Assembly: GCF_000196555.1 (NCBI RefSeq)
Contig: NC_015067.1
Location: 1,170,001 to 1,202,000 of the forward strand
Origin: Bifidobacterium longum subsp. longum JCM 1217
GTDB lineage: Bacteria; Actinomycetota; Actinomycetes; Actinomycetales; Bifidobacteriaceae
Length of the DNA stretch: 32,000 nt
Direction of reading: 5' to 3'
Shown here: piece by piece, positions 16,904-23,996 of the stretch
Numbering within the stretch: position 1 is the stretch's first letter
Layout: every line of letters starts with the position of its first letter
Position numbers and translations under genes: made by a program
The notes under the pieces: generated by a model
Database searches by the model: none
Told to the model about the DNA's origin: nothing
The model's input: only the letters and a program-made list of their open reading frames with translations

Positions 16904-17824
16904 CTAGCCGAGCGCGTCCCTGACCTTGACGACGATGTCGAGCAACGGGGACAGGAGACCCGTCGGCCCGTACGTCCTTCGCAGCCGATCGTATTCGACG
17001 CACGCGTCCCGGACGGTCACGTCCCAGCCCTCACGGGCGATTAGCGGATACCGGCCGGCCGTGTTCAGGCTGCGGCGCACCGGCCCGAACATCAACCGGT
17101 ATCGGAGCCATGCGAGACGCGGCCGCGCGGAATCCTCCAACGTTCGCGCCCGGTCGAGGATGAGCGTCGCACCGTAACGCAGCATGCAGGCGCGAACCGT
17201 CATGTCAAGGTCCTCCGCGTCGCCGGTCCGGTACGTCCACCCGGGGTATGGGACGCGACGGGAGCGCATGCCGTCCATCAGGCCGCGCCGTTCCCGCCCG
17301 GCCACGCATACGCTGGCGCTTAGGCCGGTGGCCCGGCCCATGACCATGAGCATCGCGGAATCCCCCGCCGTCCGCCCCATGACCAGGCTCCGCTCGGAAT
17401 AGCGGAACGGGGACCGATCCCGTCTCCACGAGGCGTCCCGATGGAAGTAGCGCGCCGGGTTCGCGTCGAACACGCCGTGCCCGATGAGGAACGGCCGTAT
17501 CGTGATATGCCCCTGTCCCGTCATGGCGGCCCATGGTACGCGCGTCCGAACCGGCCGGTCCCGTCGTGTCCCGTGATGCGGACGGGGGATGGCATCCCAG
17601 CCGGCCGCGTAGCCGACGGCCAGGAGCATGAGGCGCGGAGCCCACACGCCGCCGGCGGCGAACGGGGCGAGCACGGCGGCGAACAGGGCGAGACGCGCGG
17701 GCCATGGGCCGGGGCCCGCCGCCCGCGCCCACCGTTCCCGGCCCGCGTCCAGGAGCATGAGGGGGACGAGCCAGCGCAGCAGGATTCCCGCGGCCGGCCA
17801 GAACAGGATGACGATCGGGGTCAT
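16904..17824 (-). CDS. hypothetical membrane protein
   Basis: I start it at MTPIVILFWPAAGILLRWLVPLMLL, preceded by GGGAGG. There are two or three N-terminal hydrophobic helices. I recognise no family. Confidence 0.55.
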   Translation of the reverse strand: MTPIVILFWPAAGILLRWLVPLMLLDAGRERWARAAGPGPWPARLALFAAVLAPFAAGGVWAPRLMLLAVGYAAGWDAIPRPHHGTRRDRPVRTRVPWAAMTGQGHITIRPFLIGHGVFDANPARYFHRDASWRRDRSPFRYSERSLVMGRTAGDSAMLMVMGRATGLSASVCVAGRERRGLMDGMRSRRVPYPGWTYRTGDAEDLDMTVRACMLRYGATLILDRARTLEDSARPRLAWLRYRLMFGPVRRSLNTAGRYPLIAREGWDVTVRDACVEYDRLRRTYGPTGLLSPLLDIVVKVRDALG

Positions 17825-17827
17825 GCC

Positions 17828-17860
17828 TCCCGTATGCGTCCGTCCGGAACGCATACGGGA
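17828..17860. promoter_or_regulatory. inverted repeat TCCCGTATGCGT-N9-ACGCATACGGGA in a divergent intergenic region
   Basis: The 12-bp arms are perfect and each contains the ACGCATAC box. The repeat lies between the starts of 16904..17824 (-) and 17913..18608 (+). Confidence 0.6.
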
Positions 17861-17912
17861 GGCATGCAGCAGGGGACGCCCGTCCCCGCACCCACAAGGA
17901 AAGGAAACCGTC

Positions 17913-18608
17913 ATGACCGATCAGGAGCCGGGAGCCCAGCTCACCCAATCATACGAATCCCAGTCATACGCGCCGCAGGAGAGCAAGCGCCCCGAAATCA
18001 CGACCGTCGCGTTCGGCGGATACCGGACGGAGGATGTGGACCGTCTGGTCGACCAGTACGAGGAGAGGATGGCCGGATACCGGCGCAGCCTCGCCCGGCA
18101 GATCGCGATCGCCGACAACCTGAGGAACCTGAACACGCGGCTGACCGCCCAATTGGAGGCCGCCTGCCGGGAACGCGACGAACTGCGCCACCGGGCGGAA
18201 AGCCCGTTCGAGGCGGCCGGCAAGGCCGCGCAGGACCTCGTCGACAACGCGAGGAACACGGCGCGCGACACGATCGCGGAGGCGCGGGCGCAGGCAAAAG
18301 GCATCCTCGACGAGGCGAACGCGAAGGCGGGGGACGTCGTCGCGTCCGCGAAGCAGACCGCCGACGGGCTCGCCGAGGAACACAAGAGGGAGCATGACAA
18401 GGCGATGGCCGACCTCGCCGAGCAACGCGACGCGTTGAAGACGGAGCACGCGAAGGCCATGGCCGACATCGAAACGCGCCGCAAGGACGCGCAGACCGCG
18501 ATCGCGGAACGCGAACGACGGGCGGGGGAACTCGAACAACGGGCCAGAGGGACGGTGGACGAGATCCGGGAGACCCTGAAGAACGCGATCCGCACGCTCG
18601 ACGACTGA
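17913..18608 (+). CDS. DivIVA-domain coiled-coil protein
   Basis: The RBS reads AAGGAAAGGAAAC. ITTVAFGGYRTEDVDRLVDQYEERM matches the DivIVA-domain signature (F..GY...VD.fl). A long Ala/Glu/Arg/Lys coiled coil follows. Confidence 0.75.
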   Translation: MTDQEPGAQLTQSYESQSYAPQESKRPEITTVAFGGYRTEDVDRLVDQYEERMAGYRRSLARQIAIADNLRNLNTRLTAQLEAACRERDELRHRAESPFEAAGKAAQDLVDNARNTARDTIAEARAQAKGILDEANAKAGDVVASAKQTADGLAEEHKREHDKAMADLAEQRDALKTEHAKAMADIETRRKDAQTAIAERERRAGELEQRARGTVDEIRETLKNAIRTLDD

Positions 18609-18808
18609 AAACGAACGGGATCAAGGGGATGCGGGCATGCGGCCGTCCGGACCGTTTCGCCCGCATCACGATCCCCTCTCAAGCGCATACCGGGTGCGCA
18701 TTCTCCCAACGAAACGCGAACCAAGCAGCCCCATGATGGCGTGAGACGTGGAGCGACCACCCGCAAGGATGGCCTGCAAGCCAGAACAAACCAGTTTGCA
18801 ACGGACAA

Positions 18809-18874
18809 GACCATACCCGCGTCCATACGCCGGATCGGTCCAGCCCGGTTCGCCGCATGGACGCGGGTATGGTC
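18809..18874. other. perfect 18-bp inverted repeat GACCATACCCGCGTCCAT-N30-ATGGACGCGGGTATGGTC
   Basis: I read it directly from the sequence. It lies in the 315-bp convergent intergenic region between the DivIVA-domain gene and the methyltransferase C-terminal ORF. It could be a terminator or another structured site. Confidence 0.6.
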
Positions 18875-18923
18875 GGGCGGACGGCGACGCCCAGGAGCAT
18901 CCACGCCCAGACGTTGACGGGCG

Positions 18924-20234
18924 TCAGACGGCGAGCCTTTCGCGCACGCGGAGCGCCCAGTCGACCGCCATGGCGGCCTGCGGGGGCACGACCCCGTTGC
19001 CCAGGGCGCGCAGTTGGAGGTTCCTGTGATTGCCGTCCACATGCCGCCAGATCGCCGGATCGGTGACCCAGCCGTCCTCCAGGCCCATCATCCATTCCAC
19101 GAACCTCGGGGATAGGTGGGCGGCCGACGGGAACCGGGGGCCTTCGAATCGGGTCTTCCAATAACCGAGCACGCTTTTGTCGGGCAGACGGGTCGCGGGG
19201 ATCGGGATGTCCGGGTCCATGTCCTTGCAGCCGGGCCAGAACATGGGGTCGATGAGGCTCATCCCCCGGTCGGTTTCACGCCAGAGCGCGAGCATGCGGT
19301 CGCGCATCGGCTGGTCCAGCCGGGCTTTCGGATGCGCGTCGAACGGGGCGTGGCGGGCGAGCCAGTACGGTTCGAACAGCGTGGGGTCGTCGGCGTTCGC
19401 CCCGACCCAGCGGCGCAGGCCGCCGGTCGCCTGCGTGGGACAGGGGGCGGGACGGCCGGACACCCGCTCCCAGCGGCGGATCGCGGCGGCGAACCGGCCG
19501 AAGCGCACGCCCCGCCCGTCGTCCAGACCCCAGAGTCCCCCATGATAGGGGCCGGGCGCGGGGATCGCGCGCGTCCCCTGTTCGACGGCGCCGGTCATGC
19601 ATGTCTGGTCGTTCCTCTGATTGCGGCCTTTCACGTCGCTGGCGCGCGGCGTGGGCATCATATCCACATCATCCGTCATCACGTCCTCCCTCAGGTTCCC
19701 GGTCGAATCGCGTCGGCTCCCGTCCCGGTCGCCGCGACGCAGGACGCGTTCCAACGCGGCCCCGTCGCGGGGCGCGATCGCATCCATGCAGTTCGGCGTG
19801 GCGAACAGGCGGGCTTCCGGCAGGATGTCGATGTCGTCGCTCTTCTCCGCCCAGTCGGCGACGGTGACCGCATGCCCCATGGCCGCGCGGCGTTCCGGGA
19901 TCATCGTGCCCCCGTTCCACTCGTTCGACGTGGGCGTGGGCAGGTGGTCGATGTCGTCGCGCAGGTTCCGGTAGCCGGCGCCTTTTCCGGCGCGCGGCCG
20001 TTCCGCATCCGCATGCGGGGGCAGCATGTCCATACAGTTCGGCGTGCCCGGCAGTTCGTTTTCGCTCATGCCCGTCGTATGCGTTCCCATGATCCGGATC
20101 TCCCCCGCGTCGAGGATCGCGTTCACCAGGGCGACGCCCCGCCAGTTCTCCCCCGGCCGCCAGCAGCCGCGCACCGTATGCCGGGTCGCGTCCATCACCG
20201 TCGGCGTGGGCAGCCACAGATCGTCATCAGTCAT
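18924..20234 (-). CDS. C5-cytosine methyltransferase, C-terminal portion (TRD repeats plus motifs IX-X)
   Basis: LPTPT, TPNCMD, LPTPTSNEW and MPTPRASDVKG repeats are present. FGRFAAAIRRWERVSGRPAPCP and SPRFVEWMMGLEDGWVTD...QLRALGNGVVPPQAAMAV give the ENV-family C-terminal motifs (GNxVVP). Motifs I-VIII are absent. The start could be ATG 20234 or GTG 20240. Confidence 0.7.
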   Translation of the reverse strand: MTDDDLWLPTPTVMDATRHTVRGCWRPGENWRGVALVNAILDAGEIRIMGTHTTGMSENELPGTPNCMDMLPPHADAERPRAGKGAGYRNLRDDIDHLPTPTSNEWNGGTMIPERRAAMGHAVTVADWAEKSDDIDILPEARLFATPNCMDAIAPRDGAALERVLRRGDRDGSRRDSTGNLREDVMTDDVDMMPTPRASDVKGRNQRNDQTCMTGAVEQGTRAIPAPGPYHGGLWGLDDGRGVRFGRFAAAIRRWERVSGRPAPCPTQATGGLRRWVGANADDPTLFEPYWLARHAPFDAHPKARLDQPMRDRMLALWRETDRGMSLIDPMFWPGCKDMDPDIPIPATRLPDKSVLGYWKTRFEGPRFPSAAHLSPRFVEWMMGLEDGWVTDPAIWRHVDGNHRNLQLRALGNGVVPPQAAMAVDWALRVRERLAV

Positions 20235-20415
20235 GGCCACGGGTATGCGTCAGGCGGGGCAGGCGTATCGGATCATGGAAACGGGACGGTCCCCGCCGTT
20301 CCAGACCCTTAGTCTTGGCCGCATGGACATCATCCGCTTGACTTCCTCCCCCGCCTAAAGAGGCGGGAGTCTGCGCCACCCAAACAAAGATCAAGACTCC
20401 CAGTATTTCCTTCAT
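20227..20415 (-). CDS. possible 62-aa peptide with a hydrophobic N-terminus inside the methyltransferase intervening sequence
   Basis: GGGGGAGGA lies 6 nt before the ATG. The product reads MKEILGVLIFVWVAQTPASLGGGGS.... Its stop overlaps the next ORF start by 8 nt. The only support is the RBS and the open frame. Confidence 0.3.
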   Translation of the reverse strand: MKEILGVLIFVWVAQTPASLGGGGSQADDVHAAKTKGLERRGPSRFHDPIRLPRLTHTRGHD

Positions 20416-20708
20416 GCCCGATCCTCCCCCATGCCAATCCAATCTCACGAAATCGCGGGAATGGCCGAACAAGGTCTTCCCCCGATGGTCACGAACATGG
20501 ACGGGTGGTCGCCCATGTGGTCAAATACGCGAACGAGGCGGGGCGAGCCCATGCCGCTGCGATCCCGGTTCGGGTATCCGCTTTCCATACGAGGATCGCG
20601 CGATCCGGCTGGAATGGCGCGAGACGGGACCCGAAGGGCCTATGGACAAAGAAACCCGGCATGCCCGCGATTTCTCCATGCGCAACGAAGCCGACCATGC
20701 CCCGGGTC

Positions 20709-22238
20709 CTACAGGAGATTGATCGCATCCGCCAATCCGAGCTGCGCGCCCCGCCTCCGGCGGCGGACCGCATCCTCCGCTGTGCCCGCCTTCACGCTGT
20801 CGTACAACGCGTTCGGCGTGGGCAGCATGACGGCCGCCGTCCGCAAATCCGGCGCCCCGTCCCCGTGCACGCCCGCCCCGTTCGCATCGTTCGCCCTCGG
20901 GGTCGGCAGCTTCGAATCATGCTCCCTGACCTTCTCCGGGTCCATACGGCCCGGCAGGTCCATGAGACGCACCTGCGTGGACAGGAACGTGCTCCTGTCC
21001 AACGGGCGGCCCGACGTGGCCGGGGCGGCGAACACCCCGTCCGACTGCTTCGGCGTGTACAGGAACCCGTCGGCCGGGATCCCCGCAGCCTGCGCGGGCA
21101 GGGGCGCATCCCCCGTCCCATACGCCTGGCCCGGGCCGCCCTTCGCCCCGTCGGACGCCTTCGGCGTCGCCAAAACGGAACCGGCCGCCGGCTCCGGGAC
21201 CTTCAGCCACGATTCGGGCACCGTATACACGCGGCCGGCGGCCATCACGCCGGACTTCGGCCACGCGTCCATGAACACGTCCACGTCCCCGAACAGATCC
21301 GGCTCGCCCGTCGTCCACACATCCCTGTCCGCATCCCACACGCCCCATGCGCGCCCCCTCGGCCTCATGGGCGGCAGTTGGGCGAGACGCCTCAGCCGGG
21401 CGTTCGACGGTTCGCGCGCCGACTTCGGATCGCGCGGCCATGCGGTCACGAAGATGCGCAGCCTGTGGTGGGGGGCGCCGATGTCGGCCGCCTCAAGGCC
21501 TCGCCACACCGCGTCGTAGCCCAGATTCGCCAGATCGCCCAGCACACGGCCGAGCGCCCGGATCGTGGGCGCCGTATGCACGCCGGACAACCGTTCGTCA
21601 TCCGCCAGCACCATGTCGCCCCTCACCTCGAACACGCGGCGGCCGCACTGCCTGCACGTGACGGGCGAGCACCGCTCCGGATCCGCATGCAGGAAACCGC
21701 GCAGGACGACGGCCAGGGGCTGCGAGGTTTCCTCCTTGGGATCCGGGGCTTCGAATCCGTCGGGCAGTTCGAGGTCCGGAATTTCGCAGGAGCATAATCC
21801 GGCCTTGTCCAACGCTTCGGAGCGGAGCGCGTCCATGCGCTCGTCCTCCTTGGAGACGCTGATGCCGCTCAGGAGTCCGGCCACGTTCTCCGCGACCACG
21901 AGACTGGGGCGGATGATGCCGATTCCCTTGGCGTAGTCGAGCCACAGGCCGCTTCGCGTTCCCGCCTTCAACCCGGCACGGAACCCCGCAAGAGAAAGGG
22001 ACTGGCAGCAGAATCCGCCGGCCATCACCTCGATGTCCTTGTATTTCTCCCAGTCGATTTTCGTGATGTCGCCCAATCGGCGGGCTTTCGGCGCGTGATG
22101 GGAGCCAAGGGCGAGAGGCCCGGGTTCGATGTCGGACCATCCGACCAGTTCCCCCTCGCCGATCGCCTTGGATACGCCGATGTCGAGGCCGAGATAGCCG
22201 GAGAACAGGGAAATCGTCTTGTATGTCTTGTTCTGCAT
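20709..22238 (-). CDS. C5-cytosine methyltransferase, N-terminal portion (motifs I-VIII plus the start of the TRD)
   Basis: Motifs seen: ISLFSGYLGLDIG (motif I), GGFCCQSLSLAG (motif IV, catalytic Cys), VVAENV (motif VI) and LGYDAVWRGLEAADIGAPHHRLRIFVTAW (motifs VII/VIII). These are followed by LATPKASDGAKGGP, YTPKQSDG, LPTPRANDANG and LPTPNALYD repeats. It ends ...GAQLGLADAINLL without motifs IX/X. Confidence 0.8.
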   Translation of the reverse strand: MQNKTYKTISLFSGYLGLDIGVSKAIGEGELVGWSDIEPGPLALGSHHAPKARRLGDITKIDWEKYKDIEVMAGGFCCQSLSLAGFRAGLKAGTRSGLWLDYAKGIGIIRPSLVVAENVAGLLSGISVSKEDERMDALRSEALDKAGLCSCEIPDLELPDGFEAPDPKEETSQPLAVVLRGFLHADPERCSPVTCRQCGRRVFEVRGDMVLADDERLSGVHTAPTIRALGRVLGDLANLGYDAVWRGLEAADIGAPHHRLRIFVTAWPRDPKSAREPSNARLRRLAQLPPMRPRGRAWGVWDADRDVWTTGEPDLFGDVDVFMDAWPKSGVMAAGRVYTVPESWLKVPEPAAGSVLATPKASDGAKGGPGQAYGTGDAPLPAQAAGIPADGFLYTPKQSDGVFAAPATSGRPLDRSTFLSTQVRLMDLPGRMDPEKVREHDSKLPTPRANDANGAGVHGDGAPDLRTAAVMLPTPNALYDSVKAGTAEDAVRRRRRGAQLGLADAINLL

Positions 22239-22280
22239 ACGCGGCTGTATGCGTTCCGAGGCATTCGAAAAAACCCGTCA

Positions 22281-22335
22281 GCCGTTGCAGATGACTTCGC
22301 TCTGGCGACAAGCTAAAACAAAGTCATCTGCAACG
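22281..22335 (-). terminator. 16-bp perfect inverted repeat CCGTTGCAGATGACTT-N23-AAGTCATCTGCAACGG, followed on the minus strand by a T6 run
   Basis: It lies between the stop of 22338..22742 and the C5-methyltransferase start. On the minus strand the hairpin is followed by CTGACGGGTTTTTTCG. The T-run is 8 nt from the stem, so an attenuator or operator is also possible. Confidence 0.45.
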
Positions 22336-22337
22336 GA

Positions 22338-22742
22338 TCAATCCTCGACGATCCCGTCGGGCGTCCATTCGCATGCATAATAGGGTCCGTTGTCGGTCAT
22401 CCACCCGTCCTTCCCGTCCGCCGGACGCCCCTCGTAGCGGCTGATGTCGGCGATGGCCGGATCGTCGGTCTTGTGGAGGCGGATGAGGTCGCCCGGCTCC
22501 GGTTCGCGCCGTACGGCCTCGGGCAGCACGGCGTCCGGGTCGGGGAACGCGGAGCCGTCCCCGACCCAATGGTCGGTGCAGTCCGAGTCCACGATGTAGG
22601 ATTCGCCCGCATCGGTCCTGCCGGCCAATGCGGGGCGGAAGCGCGACCATTCGTCGCCGTCCCGTTGGATCAAGATCCCGCCTTTGATGCGGTCGAGGAG
22701 GCTTGCGGGCAGGTTCTCCCAACCGATGATGTCCTCGTTCAT
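22338..22742 (-). CDS. hypothetical acidic protein (start uncertain: 22742 or 22802)
   Basis: This is the C-terminal part of track ORF 22338..24026. It reads MNEDIIGWENLPASLLDRIKGGILIQRDGDEWSRF...GPYYACEWTPDGIVED. The upstream two thirds of the track ORF are antisense to the 22917..23996 gene. ACGCATGC lies 8 nt before ATG 22742. Confidence 0.55.
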   Translation of the reverse strand: MNEDIIGWENLPASLLDRIKGGILIQRDGDEWSRFRPALAGRTDAGESYIVDSDCTDHWVGDGSAFPDPDAVLPEAVRREPEPGDLIRLHKTDDPAIADISRYEGRPADGKDGWMTDNGPYYACEWTPDGIVED

Positions 22743-22875
22743 GCCCGCGCGCATGCGTCCCCGACGCATGGCCTCCGGTTCCGCGGACGGGTTCGAGGAC
22801 ATGGTGCTCACGGCCGTCGACCTCGGCATCGGCCCGACGACCATTCCCATCCGACGGACGGTCCACAAGACGACG

Positions 22876-22913
22876 ATCCGGCTATGCGCCGTCGCGGGGG
22901 CGCATAGCCGGAT
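22876..22913. promoter_or_regulatory. perfect 15-bp inverted repeat ATCCGGCTATGCGCC-N8-GGCGCATAGCCGGAT immediately upstream of the 22917 start
   Basis: I read it directly from the sequence. The right arm ends 3 nt before the ATG and contains the box variant GCGCATAG. Confidence 0.6.
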
Positions 22914-22916
22914 CGC

Positions 22917-23996
22917 ATGGTCATGGACAGGAACAATCGAAGCCACCGGGCGAAGGGCCTTCCCCAAGGGTGTGCGGGCACCTTCGAGCCGGCGTCCGGC
23001 ACGGCGGGCGGAGACGTCATGCCGCCCGCCGCCGAGGATCTCGACCCGAAACGCTACGGGCACAAGAGGGCCGTCAGGCTTGTGAACTGGCGGGTCGAAC
23101 ACGATCCGACCAGCCTGTGGCTGCAAGACCGGCTCAAGGCCACCATGCCCGGCGTGGACGCGGACGGCAACCCGTTCGACTACCGGGACGAGCCGGTGCT
23201 CGACCCGGCGGCCGAGGCGCGCATGATCGACGACGCGGTCTACCGGGAGGATGCGGACGGACGCCCGCACTACGGGCGGATCATGCGCGCCCTCGCCTCC
23301 TGGTATCCGAACGAGGCGGAACGCTTCGACATGGCGCGCAGGATCGCGGAGGACCGGTGCGACGCGCTGCGACGCAACGTGATCGGCGACCCGGCCCGAT
23401 GCTACTCCGCCAGGCTCGTCGGCTACGCGCTCACCCGCCCCGTGCGCATGGAGGCGATCCTCGCCCGTCCGCCCTACAATCTGAGCGCGCACCGGATGCG
23501 CGTCGGCAAACGGTACATGGACCGGATCGGCGCGTACGCGCGCGAACACGGCGGACGACTGCCCGACAAAAGGCAGCGCGACCGGATCTGGGACGAGAAC
23601 ATGGGCGACTTCATCCACGAGAAGATCGCGAAGGGCGTCCAGTACGGGCGCGGCATGTACTATTCCGACGGGTCGAACGCGCGCCCCGAATACCATGGGC
23701 GCCCGCCCCGTCTGGACGCGGACGGGAACCCGTTCAACGCGCGCGAGGACTTCGAACGCATGCTGGCCGCCGGACGTGCGGAGCTCGGTCGGACGCCCGC
23801 CGAATTCGACGACGTGGTCAACAGGATGGACGCGCATGCGGCGTTCGCCCCGGGGGGCGCGGACGCGCACGCCGCATGGGCGGAGGCGCGCCGGCGCGGC
23901 CTGGACGTGCGCCTGGTCGAGGCCGCGCTCGACGTGGACGCGTCGGACGCGGCCGCATGGGAGGCGGAGTATCAGGCGAGCTCGGGCACCCGGTAG
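22917..23996 (+). CDS. hypothetical protein with an N-terminal DRNNRxHRxxGLPQGxAGTFxP motif
   Basis: The 359-aa ORF has balanced composition (…WYPNEAERFDMARRIAEDRCDALRRNVIGD...YMDRIGAYAREHGGRLPDKRQRDRIWDENMGDFIHEKI...). It shares its first ~35 aa with ORF 28070..28453. Confidence 0.65.
   Translation: MVMDRNNRSHRAKGLPQGCAGTFEPASGTAGGDVMPPAAEDLDPKRYGHKRAVRLVNWRVEHDPTSLWLQDRLKATMPGVDADGNPFDYRDEPVLDPAAEARMIDDAVYREDADGRPHYGRIMRALASWYPNEAERFDMARRIAEDRCDALRRNVIGDPARCYSARLVGYALTRPVRMEAILARPPYNLSAHRMRVGKRYMDRIGAYAREHGGRLPDKRQRDRIWDENMGDFIHEKIAKGVQYGRGMYYSDGSNARPEYHGRPPRLDADGNPFNAREDFERMLAAGRAELGRTPAEFDDVVNRMDAHAAFAPGGADAHAAWAEARRRGLDVRLVEAALDVDASDAAAWEAEYQASSGTR

Noticed and set aside
17864-18397. 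Plus-strand ATG at 17864 with a perfect ACGCATACGGGAGGC context (frame of ORF 17441..18397)
   Set aside because: The context is a by-product of the palindrome. The frame overlaps the well-supported DivIVA-domain gene out of frame and encodes Arg/Pro/Gly-rich sequence.
20489-20773. Minus-strand 94-aa ORF inside the methyltransferase intervening sequence (MVGFVAHGEIAGMPGFFVHRPFGSRLAPFQPDRAILVWKADTRTG...)
   Set aside because: It has no convincing RBS, overlaps the end of the upstream methyltransferase ORF out of frame, and matches no family I recognise. I keep it only as a possibility under the intervening-sequence finding.
20414-21797. Plus-strand ORFs 20414..20722, 20431..21519 and 20505..21797
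   Set aside because: They are antisense to the C5-methyltransferase N-terminal ORF, which has unambiguous catalytic motifs. They have no RBS and no motifs. A small genuine + strand gene confined to 20414-20708 cannot be fully excluded.
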